Source: an uncultured archaeon
GTDB lineage: Archaea > Iainarchaeota > Iainarchaeia > Iainarchaeales > Iainarchaeaceae
Reading direction: 5' to 3'
DNA length: 32,000 nucleotides
NCBI GenBank assembly: GCA_964577555.1
Contig: CAZNZM010000002.1
Coordinates: forward strand, 119,987-151,986
The position numbers were made by a program, and so were the translations under genes. Positions 24,190 through 29,483 of the stretch are shown here, piece by piece. Below the pieces are notes generated by a model that was not told the DNA's origin, searched no databases, and saw nothing but the letters and a program-made list of their open reading frames with translations. Positions within the stretch are counted from its first letter, which is position 1; every line of letters begins with the position of its first letter.

Positions 24190-25137
24190 ATGAAGTTGCG
24201 TATAAAAACAATTCATGGAAAAAAATATTATTACTTGGATTTGGGCTATCGTGTTTTAGCCAAATCAAAAACATTTAGCAAATATGTTGGCACAAAAAAG
24301 CCAACAAAAAGCGAGTTGGAAAAGATTGAACAATCCTTTAGAGAGGAAATAATTTCAAAACTTTCTGGGAAGGATTACTCTTGCAAATTCATTTCAAAAG
24401 ATGACTTGATAAAAGCATTGCTTTTCAAAGATGCATTTAACAAGAAGTTTGCTTCTCTTTCAAGTGTTCAAAAGAAAAAGTATGAAGTTGACAGCACAAT
24501 CCTTTTCACGCTAACCACGCTTACAACGGAAGATGTTGATGTTAGCCTTACTGATGTAAAGCAAGCATTTGAGAAAGAAACCAAATTGAGCATGCGGGAA
24601 CAGATTAGTAAAAACATGCTTAAAGCGGTTGAATCAATAAAAGAAAAACATGTTTTAAACAAGCAATATTTGCTTGGATTGCATAAGATAATAATGGCAA
24701 GTTTTGAAGGAAAAAGCCCGGGAAAAATAAGGTGGAGACAGGTCTACTTGCAAAAAAGAGACGAAAAAAATCTTTTGGGAACGGAAATTGATTACAGGCC
24801 GCCGCATTACAGCAAAATTGACAAATTGCTTGACGACTTTGTAGAGTGGTATAATAAGACCTTGTTAAATCCAATTGAAAAAGCATCACTGGCACATTAT
24901 AAGCTATACAAAATCCATCCATTTCTTGACGGCAATAAAAGAATATGTCGGCTTATATTAAACAAAACGTTGATTGATGAAGGCTTTCCTTTGTTGAATA
25001 TTTCAGCAAAAAAGGAACAATACTTTCAAACATTAATTGATTCTATTGAAAAAGATTCGCCAAAAAAATTAGCTGAATTCACGTTGAAAGAATATTTCGG
25101 GCAAATAAAGGAATTTTTGAGCTCAAAAAGTAAATGA
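24190..25137 (+). CDS. Fic/Doc-family protein with a Doc-like variant of the active-site motif
   Basis: The core motif HPFLDGNKRICR (24916-24951) matches HxFx(D/E)GN(G/K)RxxR. An upstream helix FTLTTLTTEDVDVSL aligns with the (S/T)xxxE(G/N) inhibitory helix region. The coding strand is A-rich, unlike every other + strand gene outside the island. Confidence 0.9.
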   Translation: MKLRIKTIHGKKYYYLDLGYRVLAKSKTFSKYVGTKKPTKSELEKIEQSFREEIISKLSGKDYSCKFISKDDLIKALLFKDAFNKKFASLSSVQKKKYEVDSTILFTLTTLTTEDVDVSLTDVKQAFEKETKLSMREQISKNMLKAVESIKEKHVLNKQYLLGLHKIIMASFEGKSPGKIRWRQVYLQKRDEKNLLGTEIDYRPPHYSKIDKLLDDFVEWYNKTLLNPIEKASLAHYKLYKIHPFLDGNKRICRLILNKTLIDEGFPLLNISAKKEQYFQTLIDSIEKDSPKKLAEFTLKEYFGQIKEFLSSKSK

Positions 25138-25266
25138 TGAATTATTTTTTGGTGCATTATTCTTGCTTTTTGCTTGCTTTTATGGCACTGCAATGAAAAT
25201 TGCGGATTTGCTAAAAATTGTGCTAAAATTGTTCAAAGGGAAACCCATTTTTTTTTGACTATTGCT

Positions 25267-25393
25267 GGCCTGTTATGGCGTCAAATAGGAGTATTCCGAA
25301 TATTCCGCGTGTGATAATAGTTTTAAGCGGGTTTGCTTGTCACTATGTTTGGAATAATTGATCAATTGACCCTATTATATATTTTGGCGTCAT
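25267..25393 (-). pseudogene. Internally deleted fragment of a copy of gene 23216..23746
   Basis: It retains ggcctgttatg..gtcaaataggagtattccgaatattccgcgtgtga and the start region atgtttg.aataattgatc...cctattatatattttggcgtcat, but lacks the middle of the gene. Confidence 0.7.
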
Positions 25394-25670
25394 AGTTTAT
25401 TATGAATTTTTTAGTGGTGTTGTGTTTAAATTTAGTTTGCAAGCCAAACTTAAATTGGTGAATTATTAAATTGGTGAATTATATTACTTCTTCTATCAAT
25501 TTTACAAATTCTATTAGTTTTTCTTTTTCTGTTGGTGTAATATTTTTGGCTTCGATATATACTGTTTGTGTGTCTGGGTCTATTGCTATTATATTGTAAT
25601 TTGTTTGATTTTCTGATTCGTTGATTAGAGTGTAGGAGTTGTTGCCTAATGGGTTGTCTTCTTTTTTGGA
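25267..25670. repeat. Right copy of the segmental direct repeat flanking the Fic/Doc cassette
   Basis: It matches 23419-24007 with four kinds of difference: an internal deletion of about 210 bp (equivalent to about 23491-23704), a 7-nt insertion (aattgac), a 16-17-nt tandem duplication (taaattggtgaattat), and a few substitutions. Confidence 0.85.
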
Positions 25671-26207
25671 ATTGACAAATTGGGCAAGCCATTTGTTTTT
25701 TTCATTTTCAATTTTTTCTATTGCTTTTTCGTTATCTGGCATTTCTATAATGTTAAAAGCGATAATGTTTCGATTCATGGTATCGTATATTTTTCTTATA
25801 AAGCAGTTTGCACTCGCATATGTAGTGCCTGGTTTTAATGTTGCTTTGATTACTTGGTAGTTTTCTCCAAATAGTTTTTTTGCTTGCTCTATTATGAGTT
25901 CGTTGTTGCAAATGTAGGGTCTGGTCATTACTTTTTTTGTTTCTATTTTTGGTGGTAAAATTAATGGTGGTTCTTTTTTTTTGTCTGAATCGGTTGGCGG
26001 TTTGTCATTATTGTTAGGTTTTTGTTGTGGTTGTTGTTCTTTTTTTTTGAAATCTACGCAACCCAATGTAATGGTTGTCAAAATAACAATTATAACTAAA
26101 ATTGTTGCAATTATTGTAAAATTGTTGTTTTCAGCAGGTGTTAAACTTCGCCCGTTGGCCATAAGTTGATGATTGTTAGAACGGTTTTTTAAGTTGTTTG
26201 TTCCCAA
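25479..26207 (-). CDS. Lipoprotein / membrane-anchored protein with a Pro/Lys-rich linker, family not recognised
   Basis: It has a TM plus lipobox (IIVILTTITLGC) and a linker QQPQQKPNNNDKPPTDSDKKKEPP, then a globular domain. The probable start is the Met at 26162 (MANGRSL). Its 3' end is duplicated at 23816-24007. Confidence 0.7.
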   Translation of the reverse strand: MGTNNLKNRSNNHQLMANGRSLTPAENNNFTIIATILVIIVILTTITLGCVDFKKKEQQPQQKPNNNDKPPTDSDKKKEPPLILPPKIETKKVMTRPYICNNELIIEQAKKLFGENYQVIKATLKPGTTYASANCFIRKIYDTMNRNIIAFNIIEMPDNEKAIEKIENEKNKWLAQFVNSKKEDNPLGNNSYTLINESENQTNYNIIAIDPDTQTVYIEAKNITPTEKEKLIEFVKLIEEVI

Positions 26208-26212
26208 AGTAA

Positions 26213-26640
26213 GGAAACTTCGATGTGATCGTCAAATCAAAATTCAACGAAAACTGGGAGTTCTTTTCCTTTGACATCTCTAAAATAGACAACGTTTCGG
26301 AATGGCGCAAGATAATCGAGGACGCGCTTGTCACCCGCGAGGTCGAATTGAGAAAATTCGGCGAGCGCATGAAAAACAAGACTATAAGCTAGGAATTCGA
26401 GAACATCAAAACCCAAAGCATCTGAAACCAGACGTCAATGGAAACAACAGCCTGAAATTGATACAGGCGCAATTGGACATCCACGACGAATACCTCAAAC
26501 GCACTGAAGCAAAACTCGACGTGTCGTTACCGGAATTCGCCATGATAAAGGAACGATCCGCCACAAACCGCTGGCTCATCGGACTGCTAATCGTCGCGTT
26601 CTTCGGCCTTGTCGGAAGCCTTGTGCTTAAATTAATCTGA
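26213..26640 (+). pseudogene. Decayed gene for a coiled-coil protein with a C-terminal TM anchor (phage XhlA/DUF1640-like architecture, speculative)
   Basis: A protein-like reading GNFDVIVKSKFNENWEFFSFDISKIDNVSEWRKIIEDALVTREVELRKFGERMKNKTIS ends at the TAG at 26390. EFENIKTQSI then ends at a TGA. The sense continues in another frame as LKLIQAQLDIHDEYLKRTEAKLD...NRWLIGLLIVAFFGLVGSLVLKLI. GC is much higher than in the flanks. Confidence 0.45.
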
Positions 26641-26662
26641 ACAACAAAAGAGAGAAACAAGA

Positions 26663-26821
26663 ATGTACGACATCAAAAAAACCGCAATGAAAGGATTCTA
26701 AATATTCGCGTTCGGAGGAATCGGCTCGCTCATAGCATACCTTTCGGACTGCCAAGCGAACCAACGATCATTCGCTGTCACGGGCCTCAAGATGGCGGAA
26801 AACTACCTCAAAAACCGCTGA
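26663..26821 (+). pseudogene. Small membrane protein gene interrupted by an in-frame TAA
   Basis: MYDIKKTAMKGF-TAA(26699)-IFAFGGIGSLIAYLSDCQANQRSFAVTGLKMAENYLKNR. The hydrophobic segment continues straight across the stop. Confidence 0.4.
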
Positions 26822-26915
26822 CAAAAAAAATGCAAAGCGATTAAAAAACAAAGCAACCACAAATTTACGCGGGCCGCATGAAGAAGTTAACACCTTCTGA
26901 TTTCCAAAAGGGAAA

Positions 26916-26939
26916 ATGATGAATTAACTCAACTCTGAG
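26916..26939. repeat. Left arm of a 24-bp inverted repeat bracketing the LemA/GIDE-like module
   Basis: atgatgaattaactcaactctgag. Its reverse complement matches 28956-28979 at 23 of 24 positions. Confidence 0.8.
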
Positions 26940-27017
26940 GGTCCGCAATTTTCTTGTGACTATATAAATTGGCAGGAAAATAGGTAGCCATCTCCCAGCA
27001 AAAAGACACCATATTTT

Positions 27018-27491
27018 ATGGGTTTTGATATATTTCAACTGTTTATGATTAATCACAAAGGTTCGTTGGTTCCTTATAGACTCCAAGTAATATTGGCTGT
27101 CATAGTAGGCATAGGTGTTACTGTCCTTGTTATTGGGATGTTTGGTTTTGCCATATATGAAATGCTTGGGTTAAATTTGATTTATCAACAAACTTTTACA
27201 AATAGTGCACATGTAATAATCCCTGATGATGCTTACTTTAGAGCCAATTCCAGTACACTTGAATTGAGGATACAATCTAACAACCTCGGCACTTATACTA
27301 CGGAAGTTGTTGCGAATGGGCAAAAATATTCTCAGACTAGAACGGTAAAATACAAAGGCTCTGCCAAGAATCGGAGTTTAGATGACACGGTTTTGATTTT
27401 GGATATTAATAAAACAAAAGAATTTGACATATCTATAAGTCCTTTATCTACCCAAATATTCAAGCTTTATGTCTATGAGAAGAAATGGTGA
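27018..27491 (+). CDS. Membrane-anchored protein of unknown function
   Basis: 157-aa ORF with one TM (VILAVIVGIGVTVLVIGMFGFAIY) and a beta-rich ectodomain. Balanced A/T usage, unlike native + strand genes. Confidence 0.55.
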   Translation: MGFDIFQLFMINHKGSLVPYRLQVILAVIVGIGVTVLVIGMFGFAIYEMLGLNLIYQQTFTNSAHVIIPDDAYFRANSSTLELRIQSNNLGTYTTEVVANGQKYSQTRTVKYKGSAKNRSLDDTVLILDINKTKEFDISISPLSTQIFKLYVYEKKW

Positions 27492-27512
27492 CATTGAAAG
27501 GAGGTTATCGAA

Positions 27513-28064
27513 ATGGTTGTTGAACTTGTTGTCGGCACAATAGTTTTTTAGGTGCAACTTGGTTTATGGTTTCATATAATGGCTTTATCCAACTTAAGAA
27601 TAAGATTGATAATTCTTGGAGCCAAATCGATGTGCAACTTAAGAGGAGATTTGGCCTAGTCCCAAATCTAGTTGAAACTGTGAAGGACTACACGAAACAC
27701 GAAAAGGGAACACTAAAAGCGATAACTGTTGCAAGGGCTGTAATCCTGATATCCGGTTCCCAAAAGGAACAAATTGAAAATGAGAACTTGCTTACTAGGG
27801 CACTCAAGTCCCTGTTTGCAGTCTCTGAATCTTACCTAAATCTTAAAGGCAAACCAGAATTTTATCTCCATGCAAGAACAACTTTCTGAAATTGAGGCAA
27901 AGATTGCTTCTGCAAGACAGATGTACAATGACGCAGTGATTGCATTCAATATTAAGGCAGAAACCCTACCAGATAACCTGATTGCCGGAACATTTGGTTT
28001 CAATAAAAGGTACTACTTCCAAATAGATGAAATCGTAAGGTCAACTGTGAAAGTGCAATTCTGA
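27513..28064 (+). pseudogene. lemA: LemA-family protein gene broken by two compensating frameshifts
   Basis: aaggagg lies 9 nt before the ATG at 27513. MVVELVVGTIVF then hits a stop. The next frame reads LGATWFMVSYNGFIQLKNKIDNSWSQIDVQLKRRFGLVPNLVETVKDYTKHE...LKSLFAVSESYLNLK. The original frame resumes as ANQNFISMQEQLSEIEAKIASARQMYNDAVIAFN...FGF. All three pieces match the LemA consensus in order. Confidence 0.85.
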
Positions 28065-28076
28065 AAATTTAAACCG

Positions 28077-28724
28077 TTAAACAGAACTTAATAAAAGTAT
28101 TCCCATCACTAAGAAAATTATTGTGGTAATTATTCTGACGGGGCTTCTCCACATTTCCTTAGGATTTTTTGAATAGATTTCTACAGCCTTTGCCTTTTCT
28201 CCGGGATTAGTTTTGCATAGAACCCAGATTTTATCATTAGGAAGAATTAAAGTTTCCCAGTATTCCCTATCAGCGGCATCGCCTATGCCATATTTCACTT
28301 TGAATTGGGTGATTTTATCTTTGAATTCATAATCGTTGTCATAATAACCATTCGTTGGGAGTTCAAATCCAACAGCTTTTTCGGAATTAAGTTCTATAGT
28401 TCCGGTTTCGTCTTGCAAAAGAAAATCTCCGCCAACCGATCCAGAACCTAGTATATTAGTTGCCTTTCCGTAAAAACCACTTTTGTACCTCATTCCTCTT
28501 TCAAAAGTTTGGAATAAGCAATAAACACATGGTGTTTGGGTGATGGGTGAAAGAATAGTCTTGTCTGGCAACACAGTCCCACTGATTATAACTTCTTCTT
28601 TAATGAATTTGGATATTTCAGAAATTTTTTTGATATTGATTTTGTTGATTTTAATAAAGCCATAAATATTTAGGCAGCCCAAGCCTATGAAGACTACTCC
28701 AAAGCCTAATGCAAGAAGATTCAT
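28077..28724 (-). CDS. GIDE-domain-like membrane protein (two TM helices flanking a beta-rich domain)
   Basis: It has an N-terminal TM, then ISGTVLPDKTILSPITQTPCVYCLFQ, which resembles the GIDE signature (G.v....l.sPls...Cv.y), and a C-terminal TM (IITTIIFLVMGILLLSSV). GIDE-like genes are frequent LemA neighbours. Confidence 0.55.
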   Translation of the reverse strand: MNLLALGFGVVFIGLGCLNIYGFIKINKINIKKISEISKFIKEEVIISGTVLPDKTILSPITQTPCVYCLFQTFERGMRYKSGFYGKATNILGSGSVGGDFLLQDETGTIELNSEKAVGFELPTNGYYDNDYEFKDKITQFKVKYGIGDAADREYWETLILPNDKIWVLCKTNPGEKAKAVEIYSKNPKEMWRSPVRIITTIIFLVMGILLLSSV

Positions 28725-28856
28725 TTTAGAGATTAAAATTTTTAATTATATAAATCTTCCTTTTCAGTTTTGGATAGAATTTTGGGTAGTGTAACGAATT
28801 TGGTTAAGATTTGAAGGTGACTTTAACTGCCTATATTCCTAAAGGAGATTAAAGTC

Positions 28857-29015
28857 ATGGGTTCATTGGAACAACAGGCATTTATTTCCTTTCTTCTCCG
28901 GTTGGAGGACGAATTGTTGGAGGAATTGTGCGGTTTGTTAACTTATCATGTTTCACTCAGTGTTGAGTTAATTCATCATCAAACAACTAATTATTTGTAT
29001 TTACGTGTTTATTAA
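28857..29015 (+). CDS. Possible 52-aa ORF with a strong Shine-Dalgarno-like site
   Basis: aaaggag lies 8 nt upstream of the ATG. The product is MGSLEQQAFISFLLRLEDELLEELCGLLTYHVSLSVELIHHQTTNYLYLRVY. The ORF runs through the right inverted-repeat arm. No family recognised, so it may be non-coding. Confidence 0.2.
   Translation: MGSLEQQAFISFLLRLEDELLEELCGLLTYHVSLSVELIHHQTTNYLYLRVY
28956..28979. repeat. Right arm of the 24-bp inverted repeat
   Basis: ctcagtgttgagttaattcatcat, the reverse complement of 26916-26939 with one mismatch. Confidence 0.8.
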
Positions 29016-29483
29016 TATGTTTCGATTTGGCTTGGTCGTCCAAATAGTTTTAATTTTTAAAATTTTTTAAAATAATTTAACGTTATGGTGTAGGACGCTG
29101 TTTAAACGTCAAAAATGGTTTTTAACAATTATTTTAGCCTTAAATAAAATCACTATATTGTTAGCATAAATTGTGTTTTCCGAGTTTTTGGACATTTTTT
29201 GTTTTTTTTAGGCAAATGTCAATCGTTTTTATTTTTTTGTCTTTGTTTTGGCAAGCCATTTTTAATTGTTTTTTGTTTTGTTTTTAGTCTCTTTTTTTTG
29301 AATTTGTTTTTGTGGTGCGAACAACAAAAATTGCACCAGAATTGGTTGTTATTGTTTCGCCGAGCAGTTTGTAGTATTTGGTGTATATTTCCGCAAAATT
29401 TTAAATAGGTTTGTTCTTTCTTTGTTTGAAAATTTTATATATAAGGGAGTATATAATATAAGAATGATGGTGAGGTGTGGGGT

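Noticed and set aside
26390-26701. Stop-codon reassignment as an explanation for the in-frame stops
   Set aside because: TAG, TGA and TAA are all involved, together with a frame change and a missing start, which fits pseudogenisation better than any single recoding.
26865-27086. ORF 26865..27086 (-), 73 aa
   Set aside because: It spans the left inverted-repeat arm and overlaps the start of 27018..27491. Its composition is not protein-like and it has no start context.
24008-29190. Calling the accessory patch a prophage, integrative element or transposon
   Set aside because: No integrase, transposase, capsid or terminase gene, and no tRNA-derived attachment site or target-site duplication, could be identified. 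Only repeats, compositional deviation and decayed small genes support mobility, so it is reported as findings rather than annotated as a mobile element.
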